Part shown: positions 26,363 through 36,919 of the stretch, one piece after another
How the letters are laid out: each line of letters opens with the position of its first letter
Position numbering within the stretch: position 1 is the stretch's first letter
Assembly (NCBI GenBank): GCA_000320545.1
Contig: ADNK01000431.1
Location: 1-64,000, forward strand
DNA length: 64,000 bases
Direction of reading: 5' to 3'
Source: Bigelowiella natans CCMP2755
Taxonomy: Eukaryota; Protista; Cercozoa
Program-made: the position numbers and the translations under genes
Notes under the pieces: model-generated
Told to the model about the DNA's origin: nothing
Database searches by the model: none
What the model saw: the letters and a program-made list of their open reading frames with translations, nothing else

Positions 26363-27286
26363 GTGTGTGTGTGTGTGTATAATATGCTACTTCGCTACTA
26401 CAACCCCACTATACCTATTACCGTTGTACCGTCTTCTTCAAAGTACAAACGGCAAGAATGTTGGGGAAGATTTTGAAATTACGAGTCTATCGAAAAATGT
26501 TATATCTTGTCTGTTATTAATGTATTATTGCTGAATCCCCCCCCCCCCCCTCTTACGTCCTCACTTGATGTGCAGATACGTATCGAAGGGGTCGGAGTTG
26601 GTTCTTTTCTCGCAACAAGACATCAAGGAGAGGAGGAAATCGATGCAAGATGGGGTCGGTGTACCAAGACAACGGATGATGATATACAAGAAGAAGAAGA
26701 AGAAGAAGAAGAAGAAGAAGAAGAAAGGAGAGACGAATCATGATTTGAAACTGCTACCCGCTTTGATGCAACGGCAAAGTGAGCTACCATGTGTCATCGT
26801 CACCATGCACACACACACACACACACACACAAACTATTACTGCTACAACAACAACAACTACTACTACTACTACTACTGCTGCTACTACTACTACTCGGAC
26901 TATAATCAGGGACTGAAAGTAGAAGAAGATCTGCAAAACATAAAGCTAAGACATGCCTTTGGAAACTCTATCTCGAGAAGGTCGGTCCTCGTCGTGGTTG
27001 CTCATCATGATAACGTCACCGATCAGCAGCATCAACAGTAGCAGCACATAGTACTACATGATATACCCATTACTGAGGCCCACCCTTTCATTGATGATCA
27101 GGCACTTGCAGCGACTGAATTTGAGCAATTTCGACTCGGTATGATATATTTCAAAGTATGCAGGGAACATCATCAGCATGAACAGTCGTGGACATGGTGC
27201 TTCGCTTTGTGGCCGTCCCGATCTTTCCTTAAAATAATATTTTTGTATGTTTGCTTACGTTCGCACGTTTGCAGTAAATATTATTA

Positions 27287-27321
<35 letters not shown>

Positions 27322-27352
27322 GTGTTTTATGCGTGTGCGTCTGCGTGTGCGT

Positions 27353-27388
<36 letters not shown>

Positions 27389-27443
27389 TTGTTCTTTAGG
27401 TACTGATTCTTGCGGATGAACAGCTCGAGCTGGTAATGTATAC

Positions 27444-27511
<68 letters not shown>

Positions 27512-29022
27512 GACGTAATAGTAATCAAGTATGCATACTTGAATGCCCCACTAGTAACATTATTGATTTAATGATGAGTAAGGAACACTACCTGCTGATG
27601 ATGATGCTGCTGCTGTGCCACCTATGGCTGCTGCTGCTGCTGCTGATACTATCTTCGTCATCGTCGTCGTCGTGATATATAATGTAGGACGTGACGAAGA
27701 TGGACTCTCGATCTCTCACAACTCTGCTTCTCATTCGAGATATAATTCATAGGTGCAGGCACACACACACACACACACACACGCGCGCGCATGCACGCGC
27801 GCGCGTGTCGTCCTATGCAAACTACAACCCACCTTCACTCGTTCCGAAACGCCGCCTCCTCCTCCTCTTTTCTCAGTAAAATCCCCTTCTTCTTTCTCCC
27901 CTGCAGAAAAAGGACGGGTGTAGATGATGACGTTCGCAGAACACCAACGAAGCTCAAGCATCATCAACGGGAACCTTCGCCCTCCTCCTCCTCCTCCTCT
28001 CCCTCCCCCCCCACCACAACCACCACCGCCACTTCCTCCTCCTCCTCATCCACCTCCTCCTCCTCCTCGTCCAACACCCTCTCAAACAATCAGGAAAAGC
28101 AGCAGCCCAAACACCGCCGTGTTCCTCCTCGCAACGGCACTTCATTGTCGTCGTCATCGTCATCATCATCATCGATTCAGGGGAAGATTTTCCACCATCA
28201 CAGGCGCTCGGTCAGGCCTCCAGTAGATCAAGAGAGTTGGCGACGAGACGTGCTTAAAGGCGAAACGAAGGTGGTGCTATTAGTGCTATTTGTGCTGCTG
28301 CTGGTGGTGGTGGTGGTGGGAAGGGGGGGGGGGGGGGGTGCGTTGATGGTCATTGTGATACTGATACTCTACATAGTAGTGCCTATGAGAATAAATAATA
28401 AATGCATATAATATATAAATATTTATAGTTAATTATTCATATGCTGTTATCATCATCATCATCATCATCATCATCACCATCACCATCGTCGTCGAAACCA
28501 GGGTTCGGACGGGCGACGATGCACGATTATAAGCGAGATTCTAGACCCGAAGACAAAGCTGCTAATCCAAAGCGGCAGTGTGTCGGATTTCGTCGCTTCT
28601 AATGAGCTGATATCGAAGGCTCTTGCCATGGTAAAACTACTACTACAACAACAACTAGCACTACTAGGAGGAATAGCACATAAGCACTGGGAGGGCTGCT
28701 CTGCTAATAATGAAGATGATGATGATGATGATGACAAACTTGTGCTGATGCTGATTCCACCCACACCATTCACAACAGATGAGGTGTAAGTAATATGCAT
28801 GATGAGCCAGTCAAATGAGCACTGAGTAAATAAGCAATACTGACTTTAGATCAACACACACGCTCGCACACACACGCTCGCATTTCCGAACAATTTCCCA
28901 TCCATCCTGATCGTCAGGTCGCCGAGCGACAAGAGGTAGCCCAGATCTTGCAGGAAATCCTCTCTGCGGAAGGAAACGAAGTGTACATGCGCACAGTCTT
29001 TAGGTTTGTTGTGAAACACACG

Positions 29023-29056
<34 letters not shown>

Positions 29057-29474
29057 GATGAGATTCAGGCAGAGAGGAGGAGGAGGAGGAGGAGGAGGAG
29101 GAAGACATTTCTCGTTGAACACTAACTGATAACTATTTTTCGTCTACTTCTCATCATCATCATCATCATCATCAGCATCATCATCCTTATATTATCATCA
29201 TCATCATCATCATCATCATCACCACCATCGTCATCGCTCCTCTGACGGTTTTTAATTCTCCTTGCTGCCGCCCTGATATTCATTGCTAAGGTACCTGAGG
29301 CCGGGAGAGTCTCTTAGCTTCTTCGACGTGATGGCGCGCTGTCATGTGTGCGGGGAGATATTGATTGGGTACGTTCGGCCGGGTCGTGAAGAGCCCATTC
29401 TGAACCCAGCGGACAAGAGGAAGAAGATCGTATGGACGGAGAAGTTCATGCTCATCACCATTGCTGAGGACTAA
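21911..29474 (+). CDS. CASTOR/POLLUX/SYM8/DMI1-like cation channel (pore plus two RCK domains), about 20 exons
   Basis: YRADLYFSSDPLSKP, pore WVFVADSAAHAD, KSAVLESGHTLILNWS, NESEGGG, VVVRSGSP...LKKVAVSSARAII, IMIQCARQPGLA...LLGFEGHEFY, VLFIGWRRDLDDM, DSRSLTTLLLIRDI, IISEILDP, SNELISKALAMVAE, EGNEVY and INP/LNPADK motifs. Stop TAA at 29472-29474. Confidence 0.93.
22742..22820. repeat. Intronic 22-bp minisatellite (about 3.5 units)
   Basis: gtgctgttgaatgtgtaagtaa repeated in tandem. Confidence 0.9.
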
Positions 29475-29719
29475 CCAAAAAATCGATTGCAGCTTTTGTA
29501 GGGGTTGCTACGTTGTCGTTGTTTTCCTTCCTGTTGTAGAGGGATGGGAAGAAAAAGGCGGGCTTGCTCTCTAGCTCTCCCCGTCGTCGTTATCCGTCTC
29601 TGTGACCGATGTGAAAGCAGTTTGTACATGCCTATGTGTGCATTTGTGCATGGCATTCTGGCAGTGACGACAACGATGATGATGGTAGAGGTGATGACAT
29701 GATGTGAATCGAGATTTCA

Positions 29720-30500
29720 AAGAATGAGCAATGTCTAGATGTAGCAAATGATGCTAGTCATTCTTTACGGGTTTGTCACATAAATTACAAGCGCAAAGTC
29801 ATTGCACAAGATCGTGCACATTGGCGCGTCGTGGCACGCACCCATCAGCGCCCCAGCTAGCTCAGCCTCCATGTCCAAGTCTAGCGTAGTTGCAGTCACC
29901 TTGCTAGCTTGTGGAACATCCCTAATCGCCTAGCTAGCTAGGTTGCACAGACCATAGCTAGACGCATCTTCCAGACGCACGATTGATTAAAAGCTAGAAA
30001 GCGCTAGAGCGTTGGAGCCATCTTTGCAGCTGACCACCTGCTTAGCCTGCTGAGTTGGGAAAATGTGCATCCTGGCTAGCTGGCGGGTTCAGGACAGTGA
30101 TGCGCACACTAGCACACCTCGCCAGCTCATGATGCAATAGCAAAGCATGTCGCGTGCATCGTTGCCCAAAACGTCACGCATGCTGGCATGGTCACACGTT
30201 TTTCGATCCGGATCACGGCTAGACGGGTCCAGCTAGCCAGGTGAAGCTAGCTAGCTAGCTAGGAGCGAGCAACTGAAGCTAGTGAAGGCGCATGCTAGCA
30301 TGCTTTCGCAGACGGTGGCCGACTTTCAGTCTTCATGTCTGCTGGTCCCCTGCTAGCCTGTCCCATCATGAGGGTCAGTCAGTGGAAGAAGACCAAGCTA
30401 GCAAGCAGATTTCAGAAAACAATCCTGTCTGCGTGCTTCAAGGACAAGTCATCCGAAGATCAACCTGTCCTTGGCAGCGTTCCATTGTTCCTAACGGTGA
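29720..30500. repeat. TpA-depleted, CTAG-rich degenerate tract (possible unrecognisable TE relic)
   Basis: Nearly all remaining TA lie in CTAG/CTA/TAG, with (CTAG)n arrays at ~29930 and ~30248. Confidence 0.55.
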
Positions 30501-30881
30501 TGAATGTCTCGTGCACTAATTCGTTACGAGTTCCCCGCCCGTAGTTTTCTTCGAGTGGTTCGGATCTTTCTTTTCTTGGCAGGCGAGCAGGCGAGGAGCC
30601 GATGTGGACATTTGGCAACTGACCCAAGGTAGACGAGGACTTTGTTCCTAAGACGATCTCAAAGCTGTGTCGTACGCAAAAATCCGCATGGTTTGAGGAA
30701 TTCGTTGAGGTGTCGCGGCAGGACGCCGAACAACCAACATCACCTACGACTCGGAGTACATGTACCGGGATACGAGAGTGTCAGGGGAGAAAACGGCTGT
30801 GTTCGCAGTGTTCTTGCGCGTTGCAGTTGTAACGGCTTTGTGGAAACTGCACAGACCACCCTCAAAATCTAACATAACTCT

Positions 30882-33067
30882 ATGGGCTGTGGAACTAGTG
30901 AGGTAGGTGTGCATTTGATCTCCAAATTTCCTGTACCTTGTTTGTCTGAAACTCGATCTTTTTTTCTAGCTTGAAAAAGAAGCGGCAGTCGAAGCGAAGC
31001 AAGCTGAAAATGACGTTAAGAAGGGCAGCAATAATGCCGTGACCGAGGAGGGCCAATCCAAAGAGAATAAATCTTCAGTTCAGGCAGAAAAAGTGGCAGA
31101 TACTTCTTTAAAGGAAAGAGGTACAGGGAATACAAAACCAGCAGCAGCAGCCAAATCCACAACCTCGGCAGCAGCCAGTATGAAGAAACAAGATGGATCA
31201 GGCATCTCCCTGGCTCTGTGCAGCGCGGAGGGAGTAACAGCGTTGCTGTCCCTATCGACAGATGTGCAAGTATCTGACTACGACTGCGTATACCTTTGCA
31301 AGAAAGGCATGGCAAATGACGATTACATCACATACGCGTACAACGCCGACAAGACGAGAGTACGTACTCACAATCGCTGCTGTACTTGCTCCGTGTATTT
31401 CTGGCGTGGCACGAGTTTTCACGTCGTTTGCGCGTCGTTTGCTTTTGTAGCATTTACTAGTTCTACGAGTATGATTTTACATGTATTTTGATCGTGTGTG
31501 TTTGTGAATTGGCACGGTCAGTCTGGCAAGGTCTTGGTTGAGCACGCCAAGATAAACTGGGAAAAGGGTCCACATGTACTTCGTTACATGAGCGCCGAAT
31601 CGGTCAAGATAGCAGAAAGCCAACCCTTTGAGCTAGGTTAGACCAGAGCACTTACATCCAAATGCAAGGGAACAAATAGAGAGAAAGGGGGAGCCAGGGA
31701 GAAAGGAAGAGATAGAGCAAATACATGAAACATGCACGGCTCAGGTGAGGAAAACAAGCCCCCTCCTGCCGCCGAAGCCAAAGTTGATGCAAAGCAATCA
31801 ACAGCGGTGCAGAAGCAATCATCCATTTCCCTCGGGAAGTCGTCGACAGCGGACAAAGTGTTCGCGAGGATTGTCCTCTCGGGTCCGGCAAAAAGCTCAG
31901 TTTCGGACTCTGATTATATCGCTCTGTGTAAGCCTGGATCGGAGTTGAGCGAGTATGAAACCTATGCATACAATGCTGAGAAGACGGTCAGTACATTTAC
32001 GTTGTTACAGGAGGATAACACGCACCGCATACACGCGAACTAGAGCAAACATCTGTCCTCGTTTGCCGTCATCTTCATCTTTTCTCATCGACATCATGCC
32101 TATTATTTCCCATTAATTATCATCATCATCTCAACAGACATCGGGAGAGATTGAGATCGATTTCACATCGGAAGGTAATGAAAAGTGGATTCTTCGTTAT
32201 ATCTCTGAATCTGGAGCCTTGGTCTGCGAAAGCTCGTCGTTCCCTATGCCCCCTTTGAAGATAACGTCATCATCAGCAGCACCAACCACAGCTGCTGTGT
32301 CGACTGCCGTTGCTACTTCAAACGCCTCTCCATCCAAGACGGGGCTATCCGCTGGCGAAAGGGCGGCTCTGCGCAAGATTGAGCTCCAGAAGCGCCGAGA
32401 GGAGCGTGCCGCTCAGATGGAGCGTAAGAGAGAAGAAAGGAAAGCCGAATTGGAGAGAAGAAATGCGGAGAGGGAGGCAAGAATGGCGGAGTCACAGAAA
32501 CAGCACGATGCTCGGATGAAGAAGATGAAAGCTGAGATTGCCAAAGGCAATGAGGAGCATGCTAGGCACATAGAAGACCATAAGCGTCGCATGCAGGCTC
32601 TCGGTCAGGAGCGAGCGAAGAAAAATAGGGAGATAATAGCAGCGATGTCTGCTGGAAGTAGAGCTAAGATCGAAAACTCTTCTCCTTCAACCGCCGCAGC
32701 TGTAAATAACCGTGCTGCTGGTGGTATGCCAGCCTCGGCCCCAGTGGAGGCTGTGGCAGATATACAGTCAAAAGCAACGCAGGTAGCAGCAGCAGAAGAA
32801 GAAGCAAGCATCGGTTCGGGAGCGACCGATGCAGATATCCAAGTCCGATGGGACAAGAGCAGCTTCCTCATCAAGATCAAGGTTCAGCTGCAGGGAGACC
32901 CGAATAATAAAGAAGAGCTTGTGATTTATAAGGTGGGAAAATTCACAAACTGTTCATCTCCTACACACACACACACACACACACACACATGTCCAAACAC
33001 ACAGGCAGACAGGCAAACTATATAGAAAGTTGTAAGTATGTGAGCTTTGATAATAGATATTATACTT

Positions 33068-33116
<49 letters not shown>

Positions 33117-33277
33117 GTGTATATGTGTCAATTCTCGTACACATCAGCTACTGGAAGACAAGAAAACAATGAAATTTAAGCGTGTGGCTTATCGCAATAA
33201 GGAGCGTCAGATTCAGTTTTCTTTGGACATCGATGATCTGGATGCAGGCGTTCATTATATTGCAAGGTTAGAAAGTG

Positions 33278-33329
<52 letters not shown>

Positions 33330-33983
33330 TTCTCTCTTTGGCTCTGTTACTGTCACTGTCTTGTTTTGGTGTACTTTCTCCGCCATTTTATTCTTGCATT
33401 AAGATACACATACACATACAGATATGAGCCCTTGGGCAAGGAAAGTAAAACTTTTGGCATAGCTCCCTCCGCGAAGTATCAAGAGAAATTGGAAGCAAGG
33501 AAAAAGGCCAGAATGGATGAACTACAAGCTAAGCGGGATAAGAGGAAGAAGAAAAAGGTTGTATCACGCGCTTCCAGGATTTTTGGCATCCCTCCTCTCG
33601 TTAAAATTTTTCCACACAGTTTTTTCCTCACTTGTAATCTTTCAGTATGTTGTCCTAGAAAATTTTACGGGAATCGAGCATGTATCAATGTATACAGTTC
33701 CTTCCCATCTTCTCACACACACAAATCCCATAATCTTTCCACATTATTCGCTCACTAAATGATCATGTAGGGTGTTCTCGATTGCGATAATTGCTGGCGG
33801 AAGGGAATCAGGAAGCAACTGGGAAAAACTGGTGGTCAGAAATGCAAATGCAAAACTGTAATGTTCTGCAGCAGGGAGTGCTTCAATGAGGTATTAATTG
33901 CATTGCACATTGTTCTGAACACAGTACCGTGCTTAACACGCTCAACGATCCATCAACCCTCTCTCCCCCTCACTCTCTTCCAC

Positions 33984-34022
<39 letters not shown>

Positions 34023-34994
34023 GTAATTTCAGGCGTGGAGAACTTGGCACGTGCTCGAATGTTCTACCGACGAAGCCCAAAAAGCCCGAGAGACAAGGAA
34101 GGCATGCAAGGGAAAGTACTGCTTTTGGTGTGACTGGCGCGACCGAAAAAAACACGCAGAGGACTGGAATCGTAAGCATGAACGTGAATTCAAGTGGCTG
34201 GGACCTAACGAAGACACTGGAAAGAGGGAGCCATATGGTCCTCCTGTTCCCATCGTTCCTGGATACAATCGTAGAATGGATATGATGGAGACAAGGGTAT
34301 GAGCTTGTAGTGCCTGTATGCACAAACACACGAACGTGGCGCACGGACACATCCATAAACATAGATAGCCAATTAACTTGATGGGTAGATGGATTGAACG
34401 ACAGATAGAAAAACTGGAACAAGTAACCAAGGCGTGTACCACATTTGTACTGAAGTAAGACATATTCTCACTTTGTCTTGTAATACAGGTGAAGAATCCG
34501 GCGATAGTCCATTGCGCATGCAAGCAGATTTTCTACTGCAGTGCTTATTGTCAGAATCAGCACGGAGGCTATTGTAAGTTTTTTGATGAAACTAATGATA
34601 ATGATGATTGCAATGATTGCAATAGTCACGATCGTGATAACAGCATCGATGATGATAAAGATGACGTTCATGATGTTTCTCAGATAGCCACTGGAGAGAA
34701 TGTCCTGCGGCGGAATCTCAAAAGCTTTGGAGAGAGTACCAGCAAGCGAGGAAGCAACGTCGTGCTGCCGCTTCCCGCGGTGGCGGTGGCGGCGGCAGTG
34801 GTGGCAAGAAGAAACCTCTAAGAGGAGACGCAGTTTTCAAGCTGAACTGCATCAAAGACAACATCAAAAAGTACTCAGAAAAACTGGCAAGAGCTGAAGC
34901 GGCAGGAAGCGGAGAGAGAAATAGTCTCAGGTCACAGGTGGAGAAGTACGAGGCGGAATTGGAGGCGTTTTACTGCGAATACGAAGCAAGCTAG
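30882..34994 (+). CDS. Dually acylated protein with about 3 SKICH-like Ig domains, a coiled coil and two MYND-type zinc fingers
   Basis: First exon MGCGTSE. Repeats DYDCVYLCKKG...DYITYAYN...SGKV...VLRY...AESQPF and DSDYIALCKPG...YETYAYN...SGEI...ILRY...CESSSF. Fingers CDNC...CKC...FCSRECF...WRTWHVLEC and CFWC...CACKQIFYCSAYCQ...HWREC. Stop TAG at 34992-34994. Confidence 0.75.
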
Positions 34995-35280
34995 CTGGAA
35001 CAATCTACATGATCCTACTGCCGCGCAATTGCCGGCGCATGATCCAAGAGAGTTGTTCACTAGCTCTAGAGCTCTTGACCTGTGATGACTGATGACCGTA
35101 TGATCAGCGATCCAACTAGACAAGCTAGCTAGCTAGCGGGATTCTGCTGCGATAGTAGTGCGTTGCGTTTCACGCATGTTGTGTGACCGTGTTGAAATTG
35201 CAAGCTGTTGCTCAAGTCAAGTGCTGTGCATGTTCACAATGTCCATTGAGCTGTGGCGCTAGATCGATTGACCATTCATC

Positions 35281-36400
35281 TGTCTACACTAGTATGAGAC
35301 GGATGTAATGAAATATTTAAATTTTTCCAATGGTCATCCTAATGTAGCTGTCCACACTAGTACAGCTAGATAGCTGACTAAACTGCTACACTGCTAGCAC
35401 TGCTAGACTGGCACAGTCCAGATGGTCTGGAAATGCATTTGAATGCATGATCGAATGCATCACATGCATGCGACAGCTGTGGCATTGTGTGAAAGTGCAA
35501 AGTGTGCGACGCGCTGCTGATCGATCCGATCCGGAGATGCAATTCTCATGCTGGCATGCTAGCATGGCTGCACCGCTAGCTAAGCTAGACCGCACGTCCA
35601 TCCACAGCCCATGCACACATGTCCCATGATTGCATGTGCACTGAACTAGTGAAGCACATGTGTTGCTACATTGCAAAGCACACATGCTAGCATGAGCTCA
35701 GTCACGTGTATCCCAGAGAACATGTGTTCAGAACCTGGGTGCGCTCTGTAGTCCATGATGGCTACATGTCCATTGTGACGTTGCAGGCTTTGCTTCAGAC
35801 AAGTTGCGCTCGTGTGGCATGTCTGCAGCAGAAATTGCACAGAAACGCTGTCGTGCATGACATGACGACGTGCGATCGGGGAGCGTTCCGAGTGAGTTTG
35901 TTTCTGGCAGTTTCGTGCAGGCTGTCTAGCAGGCCCAGCAAGCACAGAAGTGGAGCCCATTGCACGCACTGGCATGCCAGCATGCAGTCCAGCAGTGCAT
36001 GCCAGCTAGCTAGCCAGCCAGCCAGGTTTGCCCACTTGCGAAGATTGTGGACACCCAATGCCACACGTGCATGTCCATTGTGAAGTGGAAGCTTCGTGTG
36101 CACACAAGACCAGCCAGAAGAGCTGGTGCAGACCCGTGCACAACTCCACCGTGCGTGCACTGCCAAATTGCACTTGCGAATCCAGCACGTGGACACGTCT
36201 GGACGTGTCGCGTGCGTGTGTCGGCACGCGATCGTCCAAACCATTCATCAACAAACTCCATGCTGGCATGGCACGTGACTGCGTGAGGTGCACATGGACA
36301 ACTGTTGACGCGCACACGCACCACGAAATTGGAACAATTTCAAAGCGGTCACACCACATCGTGGTCGCATGCGTGTTGCTCAAACAAGCTATAGCTCTAG
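35281..36400 (-). mobile_element. Heavily mutated LINE 3' relic
   Basis: 35293-35351 (tatgagacggatgtaatgaaatatttaaatttttccaatggtcatcctaatgtagctgt) aligns with 62256-62312 of the intact LINE. Similarity is weaker further in. The right boundary is approximate. Confidence 0.75.
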
Positions 36401-36919
36401 TAGCTAGCTAGCTAGCATGCTAGCATGCATGTATAATCATTAATGCTAGAATGTTCAAGATGTTGTACGTTGGGAAGCACATCGCATCGCTGCGACGGCT
36501 CTAAATGTCTATGTCTAGATGTGTCTAGATGTGTGTGCATAGCTATCTAGGTACGGTGTGTACAACGAAAGTAGCGCGCTAGCGCGCAAGCGATCTTTCT
36601 GCTTGCTCCAGATCGCTAGATCGACATTGCTAGATTGTGTGCGCCATGAATGGCCCTGCTAGCCTGGAATCGAAGTGCGCTGCGTAGCAGCAAGTATGAA
36701 TTCATGCATCTAACTCTAGTAACTAGCTTACCAGATTTCTAGACATTTCTAGATTTCTAGATTCACATCGTTTATTTGCACACTAATTTTAATTTTTCAT
36801 TGGCACACTCTAGATACGCTAGTACGGCGATTGCGCAACACGCTAGCACGTAGCACCATGCTAGCATGGACCATCATCTCTGTATCTCTTGATCTATACC
36901 GAAACATTGCTGCAAACTG

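Noticed and set aside
28799-28843. ATGATGA...CTGA...CTGA in a channel intron as a C/D snoRNA
   Set aside because: It is only ~45 nt, has no convincing guide next to a D box, and ATGATGA arises constantly from (GAT)n repeats.
35386-36411. Cluster of Cys/His-rich ORFs as metal-binding proteins
   Set aside because: They are a by-product of TpA loss removing stop and Tyr codons in a LINE relic.
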